Shown one piece after another: positions 1 to 8,403 of a stretch of 64,000 nt of DNA. The stretch covers positions 26,182 to 90,181 of the forward strand of contig JABDBE010000001.1 in NCBI GenBank assembly GCA_013288805.1. Reading direction: 5' to 3'. The translations under genes and the position numbers were made by a program. This DNA comes from Acidobacteriota bacterium. GTDB lineage: Bacteria > Acidobacteriota > Terriglobia > Terriglobales > Acidobacteriaceae. Every line of letters begins with the position of its first letter. The first letter of the stretch is position 1. The notes beneath the pieces are model-generated. The model saw only the letters and a list, made by a program, of their open reading frames with translations, ran no database searches and had not been told where the DNA came from.

Positions 1-175
1 CGGTTACGAACTCAAGCACTACTCCAGGCCCAGGCTGCCAAAACTAAACCAGCGGGCGTGCGCAAGCAGGCAAAATCCGCCGTCCATCCCGAACCGGTGG
101 CGTCGTAGTTTACGACGTCGAACTGACGATGCTTCGGATGGATCGCAACCCGCAAAATCATCCCTGGAGGTGGGT

Positions 176-397
176 ATGGCTGGTCGAAGTCGCTCAAGCT
201 TTAACAAACGCCAGAAGGAGCGCTCGCGGCAGGACAAGCAGCGCGAAAAATTAGAGAAAAGACAGCAGCGAAAGCTGGAGAAACAATCCGGTGTCCCCGG
301 AGAGAACGACGATTTCGGACAAAACGATTTCAGCCTGGCAGGAGAGTACGAAGAACCCGAAGAAGTAACCGCCTCCAACTCGAACCTGGACGACTAA
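176..397 (+). CDS. small hypothetical protein (73 aa; Lys/Arg/Gln-rich N-half, acidic C-half)
   Basis: ATG at 176 (third codon of track ORF 170..397) preceded by GGAGG. No family recognised. Confidence 0.5.
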   Translation: MAGRSRSSFNKRQKERSRQDKQREKLEKRQQRKLEKQSGVPGENDDFGQNDFSLAGEYEEPEEVTASNSNLDD

Positions 398-438
398 ACG
401 AGCGCAGAACTCGTACTTCTTTTGCAATGCTCGCGGAT

Positions 439-460
439 ACCCGGACGGCACCGTCCGGGT
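439..460. terminator. GC-rich hairpin ACCCGGACG-GNNC-CGTCCGGGT (9-bp stem); possible terminator without a clear U-tract
   Basis: Perfect 9-bp inverted repeat 40 nt after the stop of the 176..397 gene. Sequence verified through track ORF 251..568. Confidence 0.3.
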
Positions 461-679
461 AATCGAGCGAAACTCTGCAGGATCCCGCCAGCGAGAATTT
501 TCACTCCCCACCCAGAAACGCGTGTTTCGCCTTCTTACCCGACGCTTGCCATAGTTTGAAAACCTCAAACACGATCACCGTCGCGTAGCTCACTGCAATC
601 CATACGACCACTTCCTCGATCGGAAGCCCGGCCCAGGCGCCGATATCCCCAGAAATGCAGGTCCCGCAGCCTACCGATT

Positions 680-1492
680 TCAGCGCACAACCACGCCCGC
701 GTAGCCAACCACCATGTCGCGGTCGCCGGAGACATCTCCCGAGGTCGCGTACTTGATCAGTTCGGCCTTGGTTGCGCCCAGCCGTTTGGCGGCGGTCAGC
801 ATCACGACCGCCGGGCCGAAACCGCACATGCTGATTTCTTCCTTCATTACGACGTCGAATAGTCCACTCGCGTCAAGCGCCAGAATCCGTTCGATCGCTT
901 TACGATCTTTTATCCGAGTCACGGCGTCGTTCTCGTAATGATTCATGTCGCTCGAGGCGATAATCAGAATTCTTTCGTCCTGTGCGTGCAGCGTGTCGGC
1001 TACCGCCTCGCCCAATTTTTCTAAGGTCTCGAACTTTCCTGTGCCCAACGCAATGGGGACGAACCTGAAATCGGGGCGGCGGGATTGGAGGAACGGTAGT
1101 TCCACTTCGATGGCATGCTCGCTGCGATGAGCATCGGCATCTTCGGTCAACAGGGGGAATCGTTTCTTCAGGGCTTCAGCCAGAGTCGAATCGATTGGAG
1201 CCGAGCCCAGTGGAGTTTCCCATGAGCCGCTGCTCATGATCGCCAGCGGACGCCCTTTGCCGGTGTGGTTGGGGCAGAGCACGATAATGCGTTGGGGCAA
1301 GTCCAGCGTGCCGAAGACGGATCCAGCTACCGCGCCTGAGTAGATGTAGCCAGCGTGCGGGGCGACGCATCCGAGAGCGGGGGTCGGCGTAGCCTGAGCT
1401 GGAAAGTAGGATTGGAGATCTCTTTGCAGGGTTTCACGGTCTTTGGGATAGAACCTGCCAGCTACTGCAGGATGGCGAACTGTCGAATCCAT
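680..1492 (-). CDS. AmmeMemoRadiSam system protein B (MEMO1 family)
   Basis: 270 aa. N-terminal HPAVAGRFYP motif and the HAGYxYSG and DMNHYE patterns typical of Memo-like proteins. AAGGAG sits before the ATG. Confidence 0.85.
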   Translation of the reverse strand: MDSTVRHPAVAGRFYPKDRETLQRDLQSYFPAQATPTPALGCVAPHAGYIYSGAVAGSVFGTLDLPQRIIVLCPNHTGKGRPLAIMSSGSWETPLGSAPIDSTLAEALKKRFPLLTEDADAHRSEHAIEVELPFLQSRRPDFRFVPIALGTGKFETLEKLGEAVADTLHAQDERILIIASSDMNHYENDAVTRIKDRKAIERILALDASGLFDVVMKEEISMCGFGPAVVMLTAAKRLGATKAELIKYATSGDVSGDRDMVVGYAGVVVR

Positions 1493-1502
1493 TTTGCATC
1501 TC

Positions 1503-1566
1503 CTTGTGGTTTAGAAAGGCATTAACCACAAAGGACACCAAGGTACACAAAGGTACACAAAGGAAA
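1503..1566. repeat. REP-like element: short hairpin (CCTTGTGGTT / AACCACAAAGG) followed by four tandem 10-nt units of the CACAAAGG family
   Basis: The tandem ccacaaagga/caccaaggta/cacaaaggta/cacaaaggaa at about 1526-1565 fills the gap between the Memo start and the rsmA stop. Confidence 0.7.
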
Positions 1567-2427
1567 TCACGTACCTGCTGCTTCTAGCAAGGCTCGAAAT
1601 AATGCGGCGCTCTTTTCTAACGACAACGCTTCGGCCCGCACTGTCGGCTTTACTCCGGATTTTTCCAGGGCTGTGCGCAAAACAGCCGCCGGGTACTCGG
1701 ATTTCAGATTATTCCAGAGCGTCTTTCGTTTCTGGCCGAAGGACTTTCTCAGAAAATCAATGAAGTCGGCCTCCGGCACATTCAAGCCCTCGATCCTGGA
1801 ATCGATCGCAAGCCGAACTACCGTGGAGTGTACTTTAGGCGGCGGCGAAAACGCGCTCGGCGGCAGAGTGAACAGTTTTTCGACTCTGGCGTAAAGCTGC
1901 GCCGTGGCCGAGATCAGGCCATACTCGCTGCTTCCGGGACGCGCCGCCAGCCGGTCTGCGACTTCTTTCTGCACCATGAGCACGATGGTCTCGAAGTATC
2001 TCCGGTACGCGAACAGGCGCAGCAGAATGTCGGACGTAATGAAATAAGGAAGATTGCCCACGACCTGCACCTTTTCCGGTTGATGGTTCATTCCCGGACG
2101 GGTGCTGCCGGGCTTGGGTCCGAAGAGCGTATCGAAATCAATGGCGAGGATGTCGCCTTCGATGATCTCGACATTCGGGGTCAAAGAAAATTTCATGCGC
2201 AGCTGGGCGGCCAGGACGCGATCAAGTTCAATCGCGATCAAGCGGCGGGCTCGTCGCGCGAGCAGGGAAGTCAGGGCGCCGCGTCCAGCACCGATTTCGA
2301 GCACCGTGCTCTGAGACAGATCCCCGAAGGCTTCGGCAATGCGTAATGCGGCCGAGGGGTCGGCGAGAAAATGCTGACCCAATTTGGGCGTTCTGGGAGC
2401 AGGACGCGCAGCAGATACTTTCGGCAC
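1567..2427 (-). CDS. rsmA: 16S rRNA (adenine1518/1519-N6)-dimethyltransferase
   Basis: 286 aa. Contains GQHFL, the SAM-binding VLEIGAGRGALT motif and NLPY. GTG start. Confidence 0.9.
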   Translation of the reverse strand: MPKVSAARPAPRTPKLGQHFLADPSAALRIAEAFGDLSQSTVLEIGAGRGALTSLLARRARRLIAIELDRVLAAQLRMKFSLTPNVEIIEGDILAIDFDTLFGPKPGSTRPGMNHQPEKVQVVGNLPYFITSDILLRLFAYRRYFETIVLMVQKEVADRLAARPGSSEYGLISATAQLYARVEKLFTLPPSAFSPPPKVHSTVVRLAIDSRIEGLNVPEADFIDFLRKSFGQKRKTLWNNLKSEYPAAVLRTALEKSGVKPTVRAEALSLEKSAALFRALLEAAGT

Positions 2428-2564
2428 ATTGACCCTCTTTCTTTCGGACGACTACACTGGACTCTCATCCCCGCGAATCTTCGTGCGCCGGATGGCGTGC
2501 AGCGAGCCGCCCTCTATCATAACTTGCGCCGAAGCCGGGGCCCATATTTTGGAGGGCTGTATTT

Positions 2565-4040
2565 ATGCATATTGCTTTTGCTGCCTCGGAATGCGTGCCT
2601 TTTTCCAAGACTGGCGGATTGGCCGACGTGGTTGGCGCTTTGCCGCGAGCCTTGGTTGCCGCCGGGCACCAGGTCAGCGTATACGTTCCTCGCTATCGTC
2701 AAACCAAGCTCTCCGACGCGCAAACCGTTGTCCGCAGCATCACCGTGCCCTTTGATGACCACTATCGATTCTGCTCCGTGGTTACCGGTGGCAGTCACTC
2801 GGGCGTGCGCTTTTATTTCGTAGACTACCCTCCGTATTTCGACCGCGAAGCGTTGTACGGCACATCTGCGGGAGACTATCCCGACAATGCCGAACGTTTT
2901 GCCTTGTTCTCGCGCGCCGTGCTTGAAGCCTCCAAGATATTAGGTGTTCCTAACGTTTTTCATTGTCATGACTGGCAATCGGCGCTGATTCCGGTGCTGC
3001 TGCGAACACAGTATGCGGAAGATCCCGCCTTCCGTGATGTGGGCACAGTCTTCACCATTCATAACATGGGATACCAGGGGCTGTTTCCGCCGGACACATT
3101 GCCGCTTCTTACCCTGCCCTGGGACTTGCTGGCTATCGACAAAATGGAATTCTTTGGGCAAGTGAACTTTCTCAAAGGAGCGCTGGTGTACTCCGATTTC
3201 GTTACCACGGTGAGCCGTAAGTACAGCCATGAGATTCAGACTGCGGAATTCGGTTTTGGGCTGGAAGGCGTGCTCCGCGACCGAGCCGCGACCGTGACCG
3301 GAATTCTCAATGGTGTCGACTACGACGAGTGGAGTCCGCAGGCCGACAAGTTCATTATCGCCAAATACTCACCACAGGATTTGTCCGGCAAGGCCAAGTG
3401 CAAGCAGGATCTGCTGGCGTCGTTTGGCGTGGCCAACGCGGATCTGCGTCTGCCGGTAATTGGAATCGTCTCGCGCTTTGCGGCTCAGAAAGGTTTCGAT
3501 CTGATTGCGCAAATCATGGATCGGCTGGCGCGTGAGGAAATGATTATCGTCGCCTTGGGAAATGGCGACAAGCAATACGAAGAAATGTTCGCGCGCATGC
3601 AGAAACAGTTTCCGCAAAAGATTGCAGTCAAGATCGCTTACGACAACGCGGTGGCGCACAAAATCGAAGCCGGCAGCGACATGTTCCTCATGCCTTCGAA
3701 ATACGAGCCCTGCGGATTGAACCAGATTTACAGCCTGAAGTACGGCACTGTTCCGATCGTTCGAGCCACCGGCGGGCTCGACGATACCATCGATTCCTGG
3801 GATGCGCGCACCGGCAAAGGGACAGGATTCAAGTTCACGGACTACAGCGGCGAAGCCCTGTTGCTCACCATCAAGGAAGCGCTGAAAGCTTTCCGCGACC
3901 AGTCTTCCTGGCAAACGCTCATGCGCAATGGCATGAATAAGGACTTTTCGTGGAACGCATCGGCCAAGGAATATGCCCGCGTCTACGAACGAGTCCGGCA
4001 GGCGCGATCCACGCACAGCCCCGAACTGACGGCAGTATAG
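2565..4040 (+). CDS. glgA: glycogen synthase (ADP-glucose type)
   Basis: 491 aa. N-terminal ECVPFSKTGGLADVVGALP motif and C-terminal PSKYEPCGLNQ. GGAGGG sits before the ATG. Confidence 0.92.
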   Translation: MHIAFAASECVPFSKTGGLADVVGALPRALVAAGHQVSVYVPRYRQTKLSDAQTVVRSITVPFDDHYRFCSVVTGGSHSGVRFYFVDYPPYFDREALYGTSAGDYPDNAERFALFSRAVLEASKILGVPNVFHCHDWQSALIPVLLRTQYAEDPAFRDVGTVFTIHNMGYQGLFPPDTLPLLTLPWDLLAIDKMEFFGQVNFLKGALVYSDFVTTVSRKYSHEIQTAEFGFGLEGVLRDRAATVTGILNGVDYDEWSPQADKFIIAKYSPQDLSGKAKCKQDLLASFGVANADLRLPVIGIVSRFAAQKGFDLIAQIMDRLAREEMIIVALGNGDKQYEEMFARMQKQFPQKIAVKIAYDNAVAHKIEAGSDMFLMPSKYEPCGLNQIYSLKYGTVPIVRATGGLDDTIDSWDARTGKGTGFKFTDYSGEALLLTIKEALKAFRDQSSWQTLMRNGMNKDFSWNASAKEYARVYERVRQARSTHSPELTAV

Positions 4041-4103
4041 ACCGCGGCCAAATTACCCTCGATTGCCGAACGGTGCTGTCAGTTCAAAAACGGAACCGTC
4101 GAA

Positions 4104-4154
4104 GATGACAGTTTTGTCATGAATCTTGACAACCCCATAGGTGTGCTCTAACCT
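4104..4154 (+). promoter_or_regulatory. candidate sigma70-type promoter (TTGACA-17 nt-TAACCT) immediately preceded by a 16-bp palindrome ATGACA-GTTT-TGTCAT
   Basis: Read directly from the sequence, about 220 nt upstream of the radical SAM gene. Coordinates are approximate. Confidence 0.3.
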
Positions 4155-4376
4155 ACAAACAGCCGCTATTTTGAACCTATCTTGCGGTGCTTTCTAATCT
4201 TGTGGGTTTCTTTCAGGCCGAGAGAGTAGACAGGCCGTCCGCTTTCACTCCCTGCCACATCTAAATCCCGCGCCTTTCAGAGTGAATGAAACGACGCGGA
4301 GCCTGTCAATTCGAGCAGCAATAACACTGCACATTGCGACTGCTTGAGGGCAATCGGTGCCAAGGAGGCTCCCGGC

Positions 4377-5930
4377 GTGAACGTTCACCTGATCAATCCA
4401 AGCAGTGTGTCTTTTGGAACGGCGGTCATTACTCCGCGCTGGCAATACGTGTTAGCAGCGGCGACTCCGAAAAGTTTTGGCGACCCTGTGCTGGTCGATG
4501 AAACGCTAATCCAGTTGCGCCCCGAGTCGATTCAGGCCGGAGATGTAGTCGGCATCGGTATTCATACCGCGAACGCGCTGCGGGGTTACGAGATTGGCAA
4601 GGCGGCGCGCAGCCGGGGAGCGTATGTCATCTTTGGCGGAATTCACGCCACACTATATCCCGAAGAGGCGCTTGAACTGGGAGGAGCGCACTCGGTGGTA
4701 AAGGGTGACGGCGACCTGGCCTGGGCGAGAGTTCTCGAGGATTGCCGCGAGGGAGTGCCCAAGCCTCTTTACGTCGGAGGCCAGATCGAGGCCAGTGACT
4801 TCGTGGCTGCGCGCTGGGATCTGGTTCCTCGCAATCGCTATATGTGGGCTTCGGTGCAGACCGTACGTGGCTGCCCTAAGCATTGTTCTTTTTGCTCCGT
4901 CTGGCGCACCGATGGACAGCGGCCCCGCCAGCGCAGCTCCGATGTCGTGATCGAAGAAATCGTGCAGTTGCGCCGGCTGGGCTTCCGTTTTATTGCGCTG
5001 GCGGATGACAATTTCTATCCCGTCACCCTGACCGATCTTAGCCTCGCGATTCAGCAAAAAAACACCGTCCGGGTGAACGAGCTGAAATCCATACGGGCAG
5101 AACGATTTGAACTGATGTCTCGACTTTCGAAACTTCCCGACGACATGGTTTTCTTTACCCAGATCACCATGGAAGCGGCCGAAGATCCCGAATTTCTCGA
5201 TGCCATGAAAGCCGCGCGCATCAAGGGCGCGCTGGTGGGAGTCGAATCGGTCACGCCAGAAGGACTGAAAGATGTCTACAAAGATTTTAACCTCGCCGGC
5301 GAGAAGCTGACGGAGCAACTTCGCACATTCCGGCATCATGGCGTGCATGTCTTGGGCTCTTTTATTTTTGGCCTGCCCAGCGACCGTCCCGAAACCTTCG
5401 CGGCCACAGCCGCTGCGGCCATCAGCGCTGAATGCACATTCGCACAATTCGTATTGCTTAGCCCTTACCCTGGCACCGTCGATTTCAACCGTTGGGAAAA
5501 GACGCTAGGCGATAACCCGCCAACCATCGCCGGAATTCCGCTCACCCGGCGCTGGCTTATTCCAGAGCCGCTCCGTCCCAAGCTGTATTGGGACCATCCC
5601 GTGATGTCAGGCGAAGAGATCCGTTCCCGTACCCAGGCCGTGTGGGACAGCTTCTACGGTTGGGGGCAAATTTGGAAGCGTTCGCGTTTCATCAAATCTC
5701 GCCGGGGACGGGTGGCTTTTGTGCTCATCTCCAGAATTTATCGCATGATGTATGCCGACACCGGCCTTGCCACGGATAGCGCGCGCCTTACCTGGTCCGG
5801 GCGCTGGGCCCGGTGGATGGCAAAGCCTTGCAGGCGTCACTTTGCGGGCCGCCCGATGCCAGATCTCAAGGTGCCAGAAGCCCGGAAACCGGAGTTCGAC
5901 ACGTCATCGTTGGTTTCCTTGTCGTCCTAG
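4377..5930 (+). CDS. B12-binding-domain radical SAM protein (class B), function unknown
   Basis: CxxxCxxC cluster motif (VRGCPKHCSFCSVW) after an N-terminal Rossmann-like B12-binding region. GTG at 4377 lies 8 nt after AAGGAGG; the track ORF starts at TTG 4344. Confidence 0.85.
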   Translation: MNVHLINPSSVSFGTAVITPRWQYVLAAATPKSFGDPVLVDETLIQLRPESIQAGDVVGIGIHTANALRGYEIGKAARSRGAYVIFGGIHATLYPEEALELGGAHSVVKGDGDLAWARVLEDCREGVPKPLYVGGQIEASDFVAARWDLVPRNRYMWASVQTVRGCPKHCSFCSVWRTDGQRPRQRSSDVVIEEIVQLRRLGFRFIALADDNFYPVTLTDLSLAIQQKNTVRVNELKSIRAERFELMSRLSKLPDDMVFFTQITMEAAEDPEFLDAMKAARIKGALVGVESVTPEGLKDVYKDFNLAGEKLTEQLRTFRHHGVHVLGSFIFGLPSDRPETFAATAAAAISAECTFAQFVLLSPYPGTVDFNRWEKTLGDNPPTIAGIPLTRRWLIPEPLRPKLYWDHPVMSGEEIRSRTQAVWDSFYGWGQIWKRSRFIKSRRGRVAFVLISRIYRMMYADTGLATDSARLTWSGRWARWMAKPCRRHFAGRPMPDLKVPEARKPEFDTSSLVSLSS

Positions 5931-6024
5931 TCGGAAATGTGGGAGACGTGCTCTCACATGCGGCGGGACGTTGGGCTCTGTCCCACTGGTACAATTCCTT
6001 CAGCAATCTCTTCCCCGTGCTCCT

Positions 6025-7272
6025 ATGCCTGCGTTCGCCAAAACCATCTTCCACGTAGACATGGACGCGTTCTTCGTCTCGGTGGAAGAGCTGTTCGATC
6101 CTTCACTCAAAGGCAAAGCTGTGGTCGTAGGAGGCCAGCGTGACGAGCGGGGCGTAGTCTCGGCTGCCTCCTACGAAGCACGTAAATTTGGAGTTCATTC
6201 GGCCATGCCGCTGCGTACGGCGGCCAAGCTTTGTCCGCATGCCATCTTCGTAAACGGCCATCCTGAGCGGTATCGCGAATGCTCCGAGAAAGTTTATCGC
6301 GTACTCACATCCTTCTCGCCGCTAGTCGAGATGGCGTCGATTGACGAAGCCTACCTCGACATGACCGGCACCGCGCGCCTTCATGGCCCACCTTTATGCG
6401 CCGCTCATGCTCTTCACCAGAAGATAAAATCCGACACGCAGTTGAACTGTTCGATTGGAATCGGTGTCTCGCGCCTGATTGCCAAGGTTTCTTCTGCCAA
6501 GGCCAAGCCGCATGGAATTCTTTGGGTCATTCCCGGGCAGGAAACGAAGTTCCTCGCCCCGCTCGACGTACGTGATATTCCAGGCGTTGGAAAAGTTACC
6601 GAGCAAAGCCTGCACGCCCTGGGCGTTCAGCGCGTCGGCGACCTCGCTCGCTTCAACGATGCGTTTCTTCAAGAACACTTTGGCAAGTGGGGTCTGGCGC
6701 TGGCCGGCAAGGCGCGCGGAGAAGACGCCGGAGGATGGTTTGACACCGAGGTCGGCGCCGACACCGATCCCAAATCCATCAGCCACGAACATACTTACAA
6801 CGAAGACACCGCCAATCCCGACCAAATCGAATCAACATTGATGCGCCTCTCCGAGATGGTAGGCCGCCGCCTGCGCGAGCATGGATTGCACGCGCGTACC
6901 ATTCAACTCAAACTCCGCTACAAAGATTTCACCACCATCACGCGCGCTCATAGCTTGCCCGCTCCCACACAGCTCGACACCGAAATCTTTGAGCAGGCGC
7001 GCGCTCTGTTTCGCAAGAACTGGCGGAAGGGATCCCAGGTCCGCCTGCTCGGCGTGCACGCATCGTCGTTTCAAAGCGCATCGCAACAGGAAGACTTGAT
7101 CGAAGGCGCGCGCCGACAACGCTGGCAGCAAGTTTTCTCTGCCGCCGACCGCCTGCGCGACAAATTCGGCGAGTCGACCGTGTCCTTGGCCAGCGGATTA
7201 AAAGGCGGCTTCCGCGAGCGCACCCACGAAAACCCAGCGGGCTTGCCCGGCAAGAGCAAAGGGCAACAGTAG
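6025..7272 (+). CDS. dinB: DNA polymerase IV (Y-family)
   Basis: Canonical start MPAFAKTIFHVDMDAFFVSVEE at Met92 of track ORF 5752..7272. Also SIDEAYLD. Confidence 0.9.
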   Translation: MPAFAKTIFHVDMDAFFVSVEELFDPSLKGKAVVVGGQRDERGVVSAASYEARKFGVHSAMPLRTAAKLCPHAIFVNGHPERYRECSEKVYRVLTSFSPLVEMASIDEAYLDMTGTARLHGPPLCAAHALHQKIKSDTQLNCSIGIGVSRLIAKVSSAKAKPHGILWVIPGQETKFLAPLDVRDIPGVGKVTEQSLHALGVQRVGDLARFNDAFLQEHFGKWGLALAGKARGEDAGGWFDTEVGADTDPKSISHEHTYNEDTANPDQIESTLMRLSEMVGRRLREHGLHARTIQLKLRYKDFTTITRAHSLPAPTQLDTEIFEQARALFRKNWRKGSQVRLLGVHASSFQSASQQEDLIEGARRQRWQQVFSAADRLRDKFGESTVSLASGLKGGFRERTHENPAGLPGKSKGQQ

Positions 7273-7296
7273 CAGGATTCCCAAATCGAAGGATTT

Positions 7297-7400
7297 CCTT
7301 TGTGGACCTTCGTGTCCTTTGTGGTTGAAAGCCCTTTCGATACTCGGGCAGATGCTTCAAAATCGTTAGCCGCAAAGGAAACAAAGGTCCACAAAGGAGA
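7297..7400. repeat. REP-like inverted repeat of the CACAAAGG family (arms about 7297-7326 and 7372-7400)
   Basis: CCTTTGTGGACCTTCGTGTCCTTTGTGG faces GGAAACAAAGGTCCACAAAGG. Same word family as 1526-1565. Lies just after the dinB stop. Confidence 0.7.
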
Positions 7401-7501
7401 CCCGAGAAGAAGATCACGACCGTTGGTAACCTACCGAAAGTAAGCGCATTCCCACATAATCGAGGAGTCACAGATGAGGTTGGAACGAAGTGGAGTTAGC
7501 A

Positions 7502-7696
7502 ATGAACGCCGTAGAAGATTTCGAACAGGTCCTGGCCCTCGATCAGGCGGAACAGTTCGTGGATTTCGATTCGAGCCCAGTCGTTGACGGAGCCTCGTCC
7601 ACACAACAGATGCTCGATGAACTGCTTGGCCGTTTCGAAGACGATAGTTTGCCGATGTTTCTCACGCCCGAAGTTTGCCTCGACTCTGACGAGTAA
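7502..7696 (+). CDS. hypothetical very acidic 64-aa protein (uncertain; an antisense ORF 7496..7720 competes)
   Basis: About 47% G at codon position 1 and a balanced GC3 favour the plus frame. GGAG lies 7 nt before the ATG. No homolog recognised. Confidence 0.4.
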   Translation: MNAVEDFEQVLALDQAEQFVDFDSSPVVDGASSTQQMLDELLGRFEDDSLPMFLTPEVCLDSDE

Positions 7697-7723
7697 TTCT
7701 CGTTGAAAATTCGATAGCACTCA

Positions 7724-8235
7724 TTATTGTGACTCGCCGTAGAGTTCGGCCTCGCTCAGAGGTGTGCTTACGGTTTCGCTTCCCTGGACGCCCAAGCGGG
7801 TGCGGGCCGAAAACATTGGTCCTCGCGCAATCGCTGCAGGGGCAAAGGCCGACAAACCCATCGGAATCCCAATATCGTCATAGATGGCTTCGATCTCGCT
7901 TCGCCTGAAATACGTCTCATGCCAGAATCCGGTGCCGCCGGAATCGCGCAGAAAATTCTTCCACCACTGCATATGCGGCTCTGATCGCGACCAACGTTCC
8001 AACGATGGAAAGTCTCGCCAATACTGGCGCATCCCCACATGCGGAGGCAGCAGCGAGAAGAGGAACGATTCGTGACGCAGCAAGCCGTCAGGTTTGGCTG
8101 CAACCGAGTTGTCAATCTTCGGCCCGAAGCCGAGCAAGGTCTTAATTCCGGTAATCGTATTGACCTCATCCCCAGATAAATCACGACAAGGTCTGGGTAA
8201 GCGGTCAGATCCACGGTGCGCCGTTCAACTCTCAT
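7724..8235 (-). pseudogene. DUF4188-family (monooxygenase-like) gene with a 1-nt frameshift near 8160-8166
   Basis: The N-terminus MRVERRTVDLTAYPDLVVIYLGMR is in the frame of ORF 7768..8235. The rest (VNTITGIKTLLGFGPKID...QYWRDF...GFWHETY...) is in the frame of ORF 7724..8137. Confidence 0.6.
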
Positions 8236-8367
8236 GTTCGCTCCAATTGCTTACTTCCTGTTGGAGGATGAGAACGACCCTCGAGTTGCAAAAAGACGAA
8301 GGCCGGAACTCCGGAATTGCTTCCGGTCCCGGCCTCGCTTCCATCAACTTGTTCGAAGGTCGATGAA

Positions 8368-8389
8368 GGACGGGCGGCCTCGCCCGTCC
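8368..8389 (-). terminator. GC-rich hairpin GGACGGGCG-N4-CGCCCGTCC downstream of the TonB/M48 pair
   Basis: 9-bp perfect stem 15 nt after the stop at 8404. The U-tract is weak. Confidence 0.4.
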
Positions 8390-8403
8390 GCTCGAAAAGG
8401 GTT

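Noticed and set aside
1-378. Minus-strand ORFs 12..197 and 19..378, and a plus-strand open frame 1..108 ending in TAG (…LLQAQAAKTKPAGVRKQAKSAVHPEPVAS).
   Set aside because: The minus ORFs would start on top of the SD and ATG of the better-supported plus gene 176..397, and they have no family support. The 1..108 frame may be the tail of a gene outside the window, but 36 codons are too few to call.
501-679. The tail of track ORF 501..827(-), reading ...GLPIEEVVVWIAVSYATVIVFEVFKLWQ, which looks like a TM segment (PxEE motif as in lycopene-cyclase-domain proteins).
   Set aside because: Upstream, the frame overlaps the Memo gene. There is no ATG, and the only GTG has no usable RBS spacing. It is possibly a relic, but it is not supportable as a gene.
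1526-1565. Tandem arrays at 1526-1565, 33768-33798 and 43331-43358, considered as possible CRISPR or VNTR loci.
   Set aside because: The units are 7-10 nt with no spacers, so they are not CRISPR. They are reported as short tandem or REP-like repeats instead.
4155-4376. I looked for a cobalamin riboswitch in the leader of the B12-binding radical SAM gene.
   Set aside because: I could not find a B12-box-like core (…GCCACTG…) or the usual conserved junction sequences. A covariance-model scan is needed before any claim.
5752-6024. A 91-codon N-terminal extension of dinB in the track ORF.
   Set aside because: It is Arg/Pro/Gly-rich with no coding character and overlaps the end of the radical SAM gene. 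The canonical DinB N-terminus starts at Met 6025.
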